From Macrostomum lignano (lineage: Eukaryota), in contig NIVC01000230.1 of NCBI GenBank assembly GCA_002269645.1, forward strand, positions 310,001 through 374,000: a stretch of 64,000 nt of DNA, in the 5' to 3' direction. Both the position numbers and the translations under genes were made by a program. Below, one piece after another: positions 48,943 to 61,141 of the stretch. Every line of letters begins with the position of its first letter. Positions within the stretch are counted from its first letter, which is position 1. Under the pieces are notes generated by a model, which was not told where the DNA came from, searched no databases, and saw nothing but the letters and a program-made list of their open reading frames with translations.

Positions 48943-49159
48943 CGGCCGCAGACAACAGGATGAAGGACGACATGGCGGCGACTGGAACAAGTGCAAGGCG
49001 CCAGACTGCATCATCTCAAGCCTGCCACCGGAGCGCCAAGAGATAGAAATGACTGCCTGTGATGGATGTGATGACTGGTTCCACCTTTACTGTATTGGTT
49101 TTGACTACAACGACCTACCTGACATGTACTTTTGCGAGGATTGTAGGAGGGATGACTGA
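46449..49159 (+). CDS. DDD-type transposase (Sola-like motifs; superfamily uncertain) with RG linker and C-terminal PHD finger; exons 46449-47523, 47668-48216, 48317-49159; frameshift near 46770
   Basis: Phase-0 GT-AG introns. Motifs DQCLCKQC, HVDFSENY, ISDSPSSQYRN, EAGHGKGAADGVGGNIKR, YRQLVCCC..CSCH, then (GR)n and CKAPDC..MTACDGCDDWFHLYC..YFCEDC (C4HC3). Confidence 0.85.
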
Positions 49160-51296
49160 TGGATGCCTGCGTATAGACTTTTGACTTTAATACTTTTAGT
49201 TCTTTTTTACTTTTTTAGTACACTTCTACATGTATTAAAATATAGGTCTATGAAGTCATTGATTATGCTACGCAGTAATAATGCCAATAAAATACTTTAA
49301 ACACCTAGGACGAGGATGGACTCAGCTGATAACACCAGGATGAAGGACTACACTATGGCGACTGGTGAATTACAAGCTGCACTACACGGACTACACTATG
49401 GCAAAGTACAAAGCTGCATCGTCTACAAGTGTGCATCAGCTCATCTAATGGCTATGCAACCCAAAATTTGACTATAAGTACTAGGGACTTAGGGACCCTT
49501 ATTACTGCGATAGTAGTTGAGCTTAGTCAATTATTTAGGGTCAGCATTGTGTAGCTGACAGGAATAAATGTTTAGCTGACTTTGTCTTCCGTCTTATTCA
49601 TTTCCTTTTGACACTTACAAAACATATACTTATTAGTTATTTGTTGTTGCATGGTGTAACCCACTTATTTAATGGTACTTACATAAGCCAAATATTACAT
49701 GATTTATACTTTTTCTGAAGCTCAAGACTTAACTCCTCTCGTAGAGAATGTCTATTAAAAGTTTATGAAATTTAAAAGTCTATTAAATGTCATTCTGGCC
49801 TACATTAGATAAGTCATGCCACTATAGTGCATTTATTTACATTTTTTCTGCTTAAAGCCAATTCATTTTTTGGTTCCAACTTCCAACTAATTCAGTTCAT
49901 TCTTGTGCTTACATTTCAGATAATGGACAAAACGTACACAGTCCAGGACTATATTGCTGCCAAAAAGAAGTGCCCAATGTTGGAAGTGCCACCAAAGGGG
50001 AAAGTAAATCAAACACCCAAAGAAAGAAAAAAAATGAAGACGAAGCAGTCACTGACTTAGTGGCATGTAGAAAGAAGGGAGACAAGTGCCAATTTGCAGT
50101 TATAAAAAATAAATGAAGGAAAATCAAGAAACACAAAATATGAAAGTCAAATTTAACTTCTTTGGAAAATTTGAAGAGGTTTAAATAACTCAGCAAATTG
50201 GCACCTTAATGTTTTTTAAATGCTACACCAATAAGTTTTGTAATAATTTTTTTTGCTTTTTACTGCATTTTGTAAGAAGAATTATCACATTATTAATTAA
50301 TATAATGTTATTTGTATTAACCGTTACTTTTCATGTTCTGCATTTTTTTAATGTTAATACTGTTTTTAAGTTTTGTAATAACAATTCAAATATATAATTA
50401 ACACTAGTAGTAGTTTCTTATTAACAGAACTTGATGCATGAGTTAAAGTGCTTAAATTTAAATAGATTAATGCCAGACCTTTTCTTTGATTAAAAATGTT
50501 TGACATTGAAAAATCTTTTACATTGTATATTTAATATCAAAAGTTAATCAATATGCCGAAATAATCGTTCTGGAAGACTTAAAATCTGAGACTTGGATTA
50601 CTGATCGCATTCAGTATCATGGAGCACTCTGCAAAGGAAAAAGCATAATTGAATTTAAATCTCGAGAATTTTTAATTATTGTTAAATTAAAAAAAGATGT
50701 TGCAAATTAAATTCATAAAGTTTTTCCAGGTAAAAATTGTACTTTAAACTTACAATGGCACTCTTCTAACTTGCTTTACAGTTGATACTCTGAAAAGAGA
50801 GGTTTACTAAGTATTAATAACGTAAATTTAATTTTCCCTAACACATTAAATGACGCGTTCAATTTAGTAAATGACTCCAAGAAGTAACCACTTTTAATCG
50901 CAAATTATAAACGTTGTTAGGAGCAACAATGACATTAACAAAATACACCTAAATTATTTGCAAAATGTGACCATGCTAATAAAAACTTGATACAAATAAC
51001 TTATTTAAGGTTATTTACTATAGTAAAAAAGCTTTATTAACTGTTTTATCAGCACTATTTTAATCGTTATTTAGTTCAAAGTTTTAACAAATCTTTTCTT
51101 TCAAGCACACTTTATATACAGTTTATTTGTGCTTTTATTATACTTTCTTGATTCTTTGGTAGATTTTCAATAATTCTTAGCCATTTACTTGTTTTTTACT
51201 TGCAAAAAATGAAATCTGAAAAAATATGTCCCACGTTTTTGGATTTCGCCATATAGTCCATTGCCGCTTCCGTAGAATTTTACTACTCATGTGAAT

Positions 51297-51390
51297 CAAG
51301 GACGACTTAAGTAGAAGGACGGGAAACCTCGTGCCTTCAAAACTTTTCTAAGAAACGAGGTTTCCCGTCCTTCTGCTTAAGTCGTCCTTG
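51297..51390. mobile_element. 94-bp P-family micro-MITE (almost pure hairpin)
   Basis: 36-bp TIRs CAAGGACGACTTAAG(T/C)AGAAGGACGGGAAACCTCGT and perfect 8-bp TSD ATGTGAAT (51289-51296 / 51391-51398). Confidence 0.85.
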
Positions 51391-52333
51391 ATGTGAATTC
51401 GCATGATTCATATTCATATTGCGGACAAGCAGAAAATTATTCGCACGGCATATGTAGAAGATGGGCAGCTATCTTGTCAGTGTGCCGTGCGGATAAGCAG
51501 AAAATTATTCGCACGGCATATGTAGAAGATAGGGCAGCTATCTCCTCAGTGTGCCGTGCGGATAAGCAGAAAATTATTCGCACGGTACCGTTGGAATAAG
51601 ACAGAAATTATTCCTACGGTACCGTGGGGATAAGCAGTGCCTTATCTATTTGAAGGAAAGAATATCTGTTTCTCTTTTTTTCAAATAAACATGGTTGTAA
51701 TGCTGTATACCAAAAATCATATATAATGGTTTTTATACCAGCCATTTATGCCAATCCATTTTCTATTAATTTTTATACAAAGTATTTAATTTTTAAGTTG
51801 AGGCTATTTTTTAGACTTACAATAAGATTTCTTATATAAATAACAAAATGGACTGTGGCATTTCAACAAATTTAAACTTTACTATATTTTTGCCACTTTA
51901 ACTTTTTAATTTTATGTGTTTATCAGTTTATTTGTTCAATTGTTTATTTTATAATAAACCTATATCATAAAAATTTAAGCAAAACAACCTGCTTCCAGCA
52001 AATTGACTTTTGGCAAATTGATTGCTACCAAAGTAGATCTACTAGCTTAAATTTTCATTGGTATATAAAAACTGTTTAAAATAGTTTATCTTGTATATTG
52101 ATCAATAAGTCAATATTTGTGCAAATACAGTGCAGTTAATACAGACCATATGACATACATTTTGGCTTCAATAGGGTGACAGTTATTTTTGCAGTCATGA
52201 CTCGTGATGGCACTTTAAATAAGTTATTAAAATTTCACAATACTTCAGAGCACAGCTTATTGTGATTATACAAAAGCAGTTCCTCATCTTGGTGCCTTAA
52301 CAACTATATATCATTAAGAGCACCACTGTTGCC

Positions 52334-55300
52334 ATGGAAACTGGCTATGAAGAATTCGTTGCTGGCTCCGGCCATTCAGCCACAGTTGGCGCGTCAACGC
52401 GCAGCAAATCCAGCAGCAGCGCCAGACAGAAGCAGCGCCAGCAGCAGCAGCAGTTCGATAAGCTTCAGGCTAAATTGGCCAAACTTGCCAAGCACAAGAA
52501 ATTGGCTGCCAAGACTGGCGCTCCGGCCGCCACCGCCGCTGCTGCCGCTGCCACTGCTGCCACTTCAAAGAAGAAGAAAAAGCAGCAAAAAGCGGCGGAA
52601 CAACAGCAACAGCAGCAAGTGCAGAAGCAGCAGCAACAGTCGCGCTTGTCAAAAAAGCAGCAGAAACAATTGAAGGAGCGCCAATCTGGCAGTGGCCGGT
52701 CCTCAGGTCGAGCTGAAGCCGCGGCCGCTTATCAGAACGACGACACCCTGTACGACTACGGACCCGAGGCGCAGGTGTTCCTCCGTATGCAGAGCTCTTT
52801 CGGCGGCGCCGATGCCTCTGCCGGTGCGACCAGCGTGAAAGAGCGAAAGCAGGCCAAGCCTGCCAAATTGAACAAGGTGATTTACCTGTTTTACTGTATT
52901 TTAAGCATCAGAACTACACAGTGCGTAAATAGAAAAAAATCTTCACCCTATCATTTGAGGCAAGAGAGGACAAAGAAGAGAGAGGGATTCGGAGAATGAG
53001 CTAAAAAGAGTCTCAAACCTTGAGCAGGCCGGATTGATATTGTCTAGTTTTAAAGAACCCGAGGGCCGGATAAAGAGACTTTTAATAAAGAGATATAAAA
53101 AATAAAGAGAATAAAATATAGATATAGTTAATATAGTTAAAATAAGAGTTTAAAATTAGACAGCATCAAACTTCGAAAGAAATGGGTAACCAATTTATTA
53201 AATTTGCAACCAAAAATACACGCGCAGGCTAAAGTTCGTCAGCAGCTCGATAGCGGCCAGGGCTTCGGCTTGCCGCAGCAGCAGCAACAGGCCCATCAGT
53301 TGCACCAGCATCATCAGCAACAGCGTCATCTTCAACGCCAGCATCATCATCACCAGCTGCAGCAGCAGCATCAGCTCTATCCTAGCGAGCAGAGGAACAC
53401 CTGCGCTATGAACGCCACCCACCTGAAGAACATGCTGAAGCTGCCCAAGGCGCACCGATGGGTGTTCTACGAATGGTTCTATTCTAACCTAGACCGGCCG
53501 CTCTTCCTTGGGCCGAACGATTTTCAAAATTGTCTACGCGAAACTTTCCCGCTATTGCGCACCAGGCGCTTAACCAGAGCGCAGTGGTCGCTGATTCGCA
53601 AACTGCTTGGCAAACCGCGCCGCTGTTCGCCGGCCTTCTTCGCCGAGGAGCGTCGAGCTTTGCACGAACGGCGCGATAAAATCCGTTCGCTGCAAAGGCG
53701 TCGATCCCTTAAAGAAGGCGAAAGTGTTCGGGAATTGCCGGATGATCTGCGAGTGCCAATGCCGCTTATTATTGGCACTAATGTGAGTGCTGTTCTTCGT
53801 TTGTTATATAATTAATTTCGATACATATCGGTCTAAACTTGACGAAAGTAATTAGTGTTTTCGATACATTTCGGCTTGAAATTGCCGATAGTAATAAAGA
53901 TTTCAATACATATCGGCTTTAAAAATAACTGATTAGCGATAAATATCTTCGATAAATATCGACTTAAGAGTACCGATTAATAAGTAATAAATATTTTCCA
54001 TACATATCGGTTAATATTTGCGCAGTCCGATAAATGCTAATAACTGTACTTTTATACATTTTAATTTTCCCTAACTATCACTTATTCTTTCTCAAACGAT
54101 ATGTATCGAAATCAGCTTTCGATTTATAGATTTTATGCTTCTATGCATTATTTGTCCCCAATGGTAATTTCTAGTTGTGGTCAAGGCTGAACTCTGCAGT
54201 TTAGCTCTTTGATACTTGGGTTAAAAGTGTTTTTCAAGAAATTTATCCAAATATTGTAGCTTTTGCGATGCATGTCGGTTAGATTTAGAGCTAACAGGCC
54301 TAACTGAAATGCCACCCACTTAACCAGGTGGTAGCCAGGGTTCGCTATCCAACCGATGGTCTCTACGCCGGCGTTGTTGACGCAATTGACGGCTACAATC
54401 ATTGCTACCGGGTCACTTTTGTCAAGCAGCCGCTAGGGACCCGGTCCATACCAGACTATGAGGTTCGCTCGATCATGGAACAGGAGAGCATTCCCTTGGC
54501 TTCCTACAAGACCAACCACCAGCCGTCTAGGGCGCTGTTCACCCCGGCCAGGCTGCTGGCTCAATCGTCCGCTAACAGCGCGTCCGCTTCCGGTCATCGA
54601 ATTGGCGGCGTCGGCGACATTGGCGAGGTCACCCCAGGCGGCGTTGTGAAGCTCGGCGGCCTGACGAGCGCGGCCGCCGCAGAGATGCCGCCGCTGGTTG
54701 TGTCCAGCGTGACCCGATCGGCTCAGATGCTCGGCTTGAACGAGGAGGACTCGTTTAGCGGCTACGCTATTCGGTTTCTGCTGGTGAGTCAAATGAAGCT
54801 TTGTAATTTTTGTGCTTAAGTACATTCTAGGAAGGTCGCTAAAGTACATGAATTCTGGGATGGTCTCTAAAGTGCATTCTGGAAGGTCGCTAAGAGTGCA
54901 TTCTGGAAGGTCGCTAAGAGTGCATTCTGGAAGGTCGCTAAGAGTGCATTCTGGAAGGTCGCTAAGAGTGCATTCTGGAAGGTCGCTAAGAGTGCATTCT
55001 GGGAGGTCGATAAAGTGCATTCTAGGAGGGTCGCTAAAGTGATCTAGTTATTAACCGTTTCTCTTAAAGTACATTCTAAAATACTCGTGTCAGTGCGCAG
55101 GCCGTAGATGCGTAATAAACATTCGTTCTTTTACATCTCCTTGCAGGTGCTTACCCGCCTGATGAAGATGGTAGAGCGCAAGAAACGCTGCCTGGACGAT
55201 CTGCGCCAGCTAAACGATCAAGCCGAACTGTTGGTCACCTCGGCTAGGCCAGCCAGTCTGCAGCTCGTGCACGACTATTCGGCCTGTCTGCTGGGTTTGC

Positions 55301-56803
55301 GCCGGCTCAATACGGAACTGCGGCCACATTTAACCAGCGCCGCCCAGCTGGCCGGCGAGCTCGGCCACGAGCGCGGCCTGCCGCCCGATCCGGCGGTCGA
55401 ACTGAAATCCAAAGCCGGCGAATTGGCCGTGTCGGCTGTAAGCCGGGCCGAGACTCGCCTGGCTGGCGGGCCGTTGCGCAATTTGAAGAGCGCCGATTTG
55501 GTTACGCAACTGGTGACGCTGCTTGCTCTACTGCGTCGGGTTGCCGAGCGGCGTCCGGAGGAGCAGGTAACTAATTGTTTAAACGGCCCTTTTTGGGGCA
55601 ACATCTTGAATATGCGTTCTTACGGCTCTTGTGACACCCAATAAACTCGAAGTCTCGAATATTTGAGGTATTGGTATTAACTAACCACGCTCGACGAATG
55701 ACAGGAGATCAAATTTTTTGTCGATTGCATACATCGGTCTAACGAGACAGGGGTGTCCACCAAAAGACGGGGTGTCCACCAAGAGACCAGGGGTGTCCAC
55801 CTAGAGACAGGGGTGTCCACCAAGAGACAGGGCCTAGGGTGTCCACCAAGCGACAGGGGTGTCCACCAAGAGACAGGGGCGCTCAGCAAGAGACAGGGGG
55901 CGCTCACCAAGAGACAGGTGGCGCTCACCAAGAAACAGGGGGCGCTCACCAAGATACAGGGGCGCTCACCAAGAGACAGGGGGCGCTCACCAAGAGACAG
56001 GTGGCGCTCACCAAGAAACAGGGGCGCTCACCAAGAGACATAGGACGCTCACCAAGAGACAGGGGGCGCTCACCAAGAGACATGGGCGCTCACCAAGAGA
56101 CATAGGACGCTCACCAAGAGACAGGGGGCGCTCACCAAGAGACATGGGCGCTCACCAAGAGACATAGGACGCTCACCAAGAGACAGGGGGCGCTCACCAA
56201 GAGACATAGGACGCTCACCAAGAGACAGGGGGCGCTCACCAAGAGACAGGGGGCGCTCACCAAGAGACATAGGACGCTCACCAAGAGACAGGGGGCGCTC
56301 ACCAAGAGACATAGGGCGCTCACCAAGAGACAGGGGGCGCTCACCAAGAGACATAGGGCGCTCACCAAGAGACATGGGTGTCCACCAAGAGATAGGGGCG
56401 CTCACCAAGATACAGGGGGCGCTCACCAAGATACAGGGGGCGCTCACCAAGAGACAGGGGCGCCAGCCGAGACCAAATATTGGTGCCTCTTAAGTTTTGC
56501 CCCTTTGTAATTTAGTATGTCTGTTTTTCTGTTTTTCTGTTTTTCTCTAGGTTAAAATCGAGAAATGAATCGAGAATTGTAGAATTGCCAGTGCCCATTT
56601 CATACAAACTATTTGTCTCTTTCCCACAGGACTACGGGCCCGTCCGCTCCTTACTAGCCGAGGTGAAGGCCTCGCTGCACTCTGGCAACGTGAGCTTCTT
56701 TGAGAACACCGTGGAAGTTCATCTGCAAGCTGTGCTGGCTCGCCTAGACGAGGGCGCCCCGTTGCATCCGTTCCATCTTCGAGCGGCGTCAAACTACTTC
56801 TGA
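52334..56803 (+). CDS. lin-9: LIN-9 (MuvB/DREAM core subunit), about 715 aa, 5 exons (52334-52876, 53228-53782, 54328-54783, 55147-55566, 56630-56803)
   Basis: All introns are phase-0 GT-AG. DIRP-type region LKLPKAHRWVFYEWFYSNLDRPLF..LTRAQWSLIRKLLGKPRRCSPAFFAEER; Tudor-like GLYAGVVDAID..YRVTF..IPDYEV; C-terminal coiled coil. Confidence 0.93.
54830..55040. repeat. 24-bp intronic minisatellite (ctggaaggtcgctaagagtgcatt)
   Basis: About 8 copies in lin-9 intron 3. Confidence 0.92.
55745..56460. repeat. 21-22 bp intronic minisatellite (gggggcgctcaccaagagaca)
   Basis: Tandem copies in lin-9 intron 4. Confidence 0.93.
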
Positions 56804-58530
56804 ATTATATTTTACGATTACTACTACCACTATTACTTCAAGTAGTCTCGTTTGGGTTTTTAGTCGCTGTAACTTAATTCTCTGAAATTCTATATTTTCC
56901 AATTTAATTGTAATACAGCTGAGTATTTGATTCTAAGGATTCCAATATTTTATTCTGCTCCGAAACATTGTAAGTACTTGTTTCTCTGTTTTTCTTTTTT
57001 TTGCTTGTGTCCAAAATATTTATAATCCCCTTTCTTTATTTTAAGTTTTGCTCGTGTTATCGATGTTACTTGTACACTAACTAAAAACTAGTAGGCAAAA
57101 TAGTTCGTCAGACTTTTTAACGTACCGATTCAGACTTTTTCGGTGTTTTTGATACCGATATGTATCGAAAGCATGTTTCGCTGGATACATACTAATTGTC
57201 AAATGCTGATATGTATCGAATGATGCATAAAATTAAGTTAATGGTTTTTTAAATAATTACCTGCAACTTTGTTAGGTGTACGGTAATACCGATATGTATC
57301 GAAAGTTTAAAAAATAAAAAAGCAAAATTTGTAGTAAATGCTCTTGGCCTTGCGCGTTTGGTAAATTTCAATCTGTTACATGTCTATTGTATATTCTTTA
57401 ATTTTCTGTCTCCCTGTCTATGCTGTGTGTCTTTTTCACATAGCCATCATATTTTGTTTATATAAGCCTGAAAAACTAAACTGAAAAAAATCATGCACTT
57501 TGCGCTAATCTGCGCAAATTTTCTCTGTCTGCTTCATTTCTAATTGTGGCATTTTGTCCCAGCTCGTACTCGGCCCTCTTTGCTTAATCTGTCTTTTCCC
57601 TTAATCCTTTGTCACTGCGTCATTTTATATCATACAGTTTGAATATCAATTTTTATTATATATGTATCTATGTAATCTATGTACAGCCGTAGCTATTCAT
57701 TAAATTCGTTCTCAATTGTGTTGTACTTGTTTTACGGCTAAATAATAACAGCACAAGAAATAATTTTCTTCCTACTACTAGTAGTATAAGTGGCTATGCG
57801 ATTGCTTTTGTTCGAAACTTTGCTACAGTTATCTAAGCTGATAAGACATTAACGAAAATCAACCGATTTGTGTGAATAAATGGACTAAAATTATATATCA
57901 GGCTAAAATTGTACCATTAGTAGTCTGGTGTGCATATGATCGGGATTTTCTATTTTTATCCGAAAATATATTCAAGTCCGAAAAGAAGAGGCAGTGCCGG
58001 AGCCCTCTGTTGGCTTGGGTCTGTTTCTTTAAGTGTTAACTAAGTTGATTCAAATTTTCATGGTCAATCGCCAATTAGCAGCAAAATATATCAGCCTTTA
58101 CCAAGACTTCATTTTTTTATCAGTAAGCTACTCAGTACTCTGTAAGTCCAGGCATGAAGACAGCGTTAGTGTGAATTTTATTCACAGACATTAATAACGA
58201 CGAATGGAAAGGACTTACTCTGGGTCCTGGGAGTCCTCTTTTTAAAGCAAATAGGAGTATTTGAAATGTGGGCATAAAATGCTTTCTATCATCTGATCTC
58301 TACATCTACAGTGAAGGTTGGGCGTATTAAATGGTACAGTACAGATATTCAAGTTTAGTTTTTGTCCTGTCCTTGTGTTTTGACTAGGCTTGACTTACTT
58401 AGGATGACTTAGCATGGAAACACTGACTTCGGACCCCTTTTTTCTATTGTATTGTAAGTTGTAGACACCTTTTGATTTTCTCTCTGAATCTTGGGTATAA
58501 AGTAAAGATCTTCTTCACATGTGACTAAGC

Positions 58531-58602
58531 GGCTCAGTGGTCTAGGGGTATGATTCTCGCTTTGGGTGCGAGAGGTCCCGGGTTCAAATCCCGGCTGAGC
58601 CC
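58531..58602 (+). tRNA. tRNA-Pro(TGG): tRNA-Pro, anticodon TGG
   Basis: Acceptor stem GGCTCAG/CTGAGCC, anticodon stem CTCGC/GCGAG with loop TTTGGGT, GGTTCAAATCC T-arm, downstream T-run. Confidence 0.97.
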
Positions 58603-59004
58603 ATGTTTTTGTTTTCCTCTTCTACTTAAATTTTTTCATCTTTGTCAAATATTTCTTTAAGTATCTTTATTAGGAAGCAGAAAATATCTAATTCCAAATA
58701 GCATTTCTGATTTCGGTTCTGGCGAACTTGTCAGAAATTTGTACATTAATACTTAACTTGTACATTATACAAGTGCTATCCAATCTACACTACTTACTAT
58801 TGGCCTATAATGGGCTCTTTCAGTACTAAATTGTAGGTTTTATCTACAAATTTTTTTTGAATTTTTAACTTAACTATACTAAAGATTCAAGATGAATGTA
58901 AACATAACTTTATATTAACTTTCGGCCAAAAAGTTTCTAACTAAAAAAGGTGAGCGTTATTATTCTTAGTATAACTTATTGCTACCCCGAAGCCAAAAGT
59001 ATAA

Positions 59005-59021
59005 CGCCCCCGGGTGGGCTC

Positions 59022-59058
<37 letters not shown>

Positions 59059-59078
59059 GCCGATTGCGCCACGGAGGC
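59005..59078 (-). tRNA. tRNA-Asn(GTT): tRNA-Asn, anticodon GTT
   Basis: Reverse complement GCCTCCGTGGCGCAATCGGCTAGCGCGTTCGGCTGTTAACCGAAAGGTTGGTGGTTCGAGCCCACCCGGGGGCG folds as a cloverleaf. Confidence 0.97.
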
Positions 59079-59712
59079 GTTACTTAGAGCATCAAAATTA
59101 GAGTATAAATACCTAAAGACTTTTGGGCCGTGGAATTTAGGAAAGAGCCATCATGAAAAACACGCGTGACATGTCCCACTGTACCCAACCCTTATCGTCC
59201 TTGGCTAGCCAATGAGCTGTCTGTCTCTCGTTTAGAGGACGCTAGCACTGTAATTGTACTTGGCGCCAATGTACAGACACCAAGAAAATGTGTCATGTGC
59301 GACAGGCCGCCTTTTTCGTGGAGTTCAATGACCAGTCTATAAAACACAGCAATGCAAGGCCGAATTCTTCAGAAAAATTTGCTTATTGCAGTTCCAGTGC
59401 ACTGTTACTCAATTCAGCCCAAGCAATTTCAAAGCCTCCAGCCGTTGTGAATGTTCAAAATATTGGCCAGGTTGGTCAAATCATCAGCAGTGAAAGTGTC
59501 GGCACAAAGCAGTACACGAAGTCTCTTCAAGAAGCAGCAGCAACAGCAGACTGTGAGCTGCCACCAGCCCGCTTGTGGTCGTCAGGCGTTTAATTCGGTC
59601 AGCTTCGCTAAAAAGCGAATCAACTCGAGAGCGAAATTTTGCGGCTCCTGACTTTTTCATTGAAAGTTCGATTTGAATCTAACCGCATAAATCAATTAAT
59701 TCATTCAATTGA

Positions 59713-60000
59713 TTGATCAAGCAAATGGCTCACAAGCAACAGCGTCGACAGGTCATCAAGGACGACGACACTGTTGCCGACAGCGGCTCCGTGGACACCA
59801 AGAGGAGACGCCGCGACCAGTTGGACTCGGAGGTCTCCTCAGTTGACTCGGGCTACGAAGACGCCGCCTTGTCGCCAAGTTCCAGCAGTTCAACGTCGAG
59901 CTCGGAGGCTCAAACCGATGTTGCCAGTGCCATCGGCGGCGACTGGTGCTGGGGTCAATTCGGGTCACGACAGGCCTTTGTGGAGCTGCACCTCTGCTGA
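59713..60000 (+). CDS. Possible small Ser/acidic protein or exon
   Basis: GC-rich, coding-like island in AT-rich DNA; no family recognised. Confidence 0.3.
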   Translation: MIKQMAHKQQRRQVIKDDDTVADSGSVDTKRRRRDQLDSEVSSVDSGYEDAALSPSSSSSTSSSEAQTDVASAIGGDWCWGQFGSRQAFVELHLC

Positions 60001-61141
60001 CTAAGTTTTCTTCGATTCGAAACACCCAATCGATAAAACTATGCAATCGAAGTCTATAAAATTGGATTGATAATGCCAATAATGATGATGATTATTAATT
60101 TTGAAATTATGTCATGACTTGCATCACAAAAACATTTTTTAATTCATCCATAAATGTAAAAATTCTAGTCTAGTAAATAGACAATAGGCTGTAGTAGACT
60201 TGAATCCAATTTTGTTGTTTTTTACAAGTCTAATTCATCATAATACTGTGTAAATTTATAAAAATTGCTCCATTCATTGATTATGCAAGTTCTATAAATT
60301 TTCCCTTTATAAAATTGTTTGGTTAATTGATATTATACTCTAGCAGATCTATAAATAGGTCTGCATATGTTGTTAAATATTTAAGACACCATTATTTTTT
60401 CTGTTATCTAATCTATACTTTAAAATGAAAAAGCTGTTATATTCTAAATACTCTCTTATCAGTAGCCAAATTAATCATTGCACTGGCCCATAGTAAAACA
60501 ATACTGGTGTTCTAATCTAAATTCACAAAATGGCAAGTTGTTTTTATTTAACTGTTTAAATTAGCCAAATACTGTAGTGCACTCTGTAGACTGTGAGCTA
60601 ACTATTAGCTAGGCCCTAGAAAGTTTTATACTGTATAAGTAATTGGGAATTAACCTAATTACAAAAACAGTGAACATTGTAAAAATTAAATTCGAGTATT
60701 TTGATCAGTGCTTTTTTATTTTTTTATTTTAGATAAAACCTCGTTTGGATTGGGCGCCATTTTATGACTGGGTTGAGCGCCGTTTAAAGACAGGATTGGG
60801 CGCCATTTTAGAAAGTCAGGATTGAGCGTCGTTTTAAGACTGATTTGAGCTTGAGTCCAATGCTACAAAGACAGGATGGGAGTGCGCGCTTTGCTAGTTA
60901 TCTGAGACTATTCGGTTATACTTGTATACTGTACATGTGAAGGCGAAAATTTGCCACGTCACGTGGGGTGAACAGCTGCATGTTTTCAAGGTTGAATTCT
61001 GTAGGTTTACGTGTTAAGTGTGCATGCATGTTTGTATACATGTACATGTGCCCCTAATGTTTTCTGATGGGCCAAGTCGTGTTTTCAAACCATATGATTG
61101 ATTAATCACCCACAGCTGCAGCACAAAAAATGTGAAGCTAT

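Larger units (their letters stand above)
44216..51253 (+). mobile_element. 7-kb TIR DNA transposon carrying the PHD-finger transposase
   Basis: Perfect 25-bp TIR TATGGCGAAATCCAAAAACGTGGGA (44216-44240 / 51229-51253), flanked by TA on both sides. Confidence 0.75.
43607..51641. mobile_element. Foldback/MULE-like element with modular TIRs and a 9-bp TSD (8,035 bp including cargo)
   Basis: TIRs start GGCA(G/C)TGCTTATCCCCACGGTACCGTAGGAATAA; left arm 43607-44015 and right arm 51421-51641 are built of 69-bp units. TSD TTATCTATT at 43598-43606 and 51642-51650. Confidence 0.9.

Noticed and set aside
49900-50900. Second gene inside the 7-kb element
   Set aside because: Only short frames (under 70 aa) with no motif; a decayed ORF cannot be excluded
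54812-56450. ORFs in lin-9 introns 3 and 4
   Set aside because: Minisatellite translations bounded by canonical lin-9 splice sites
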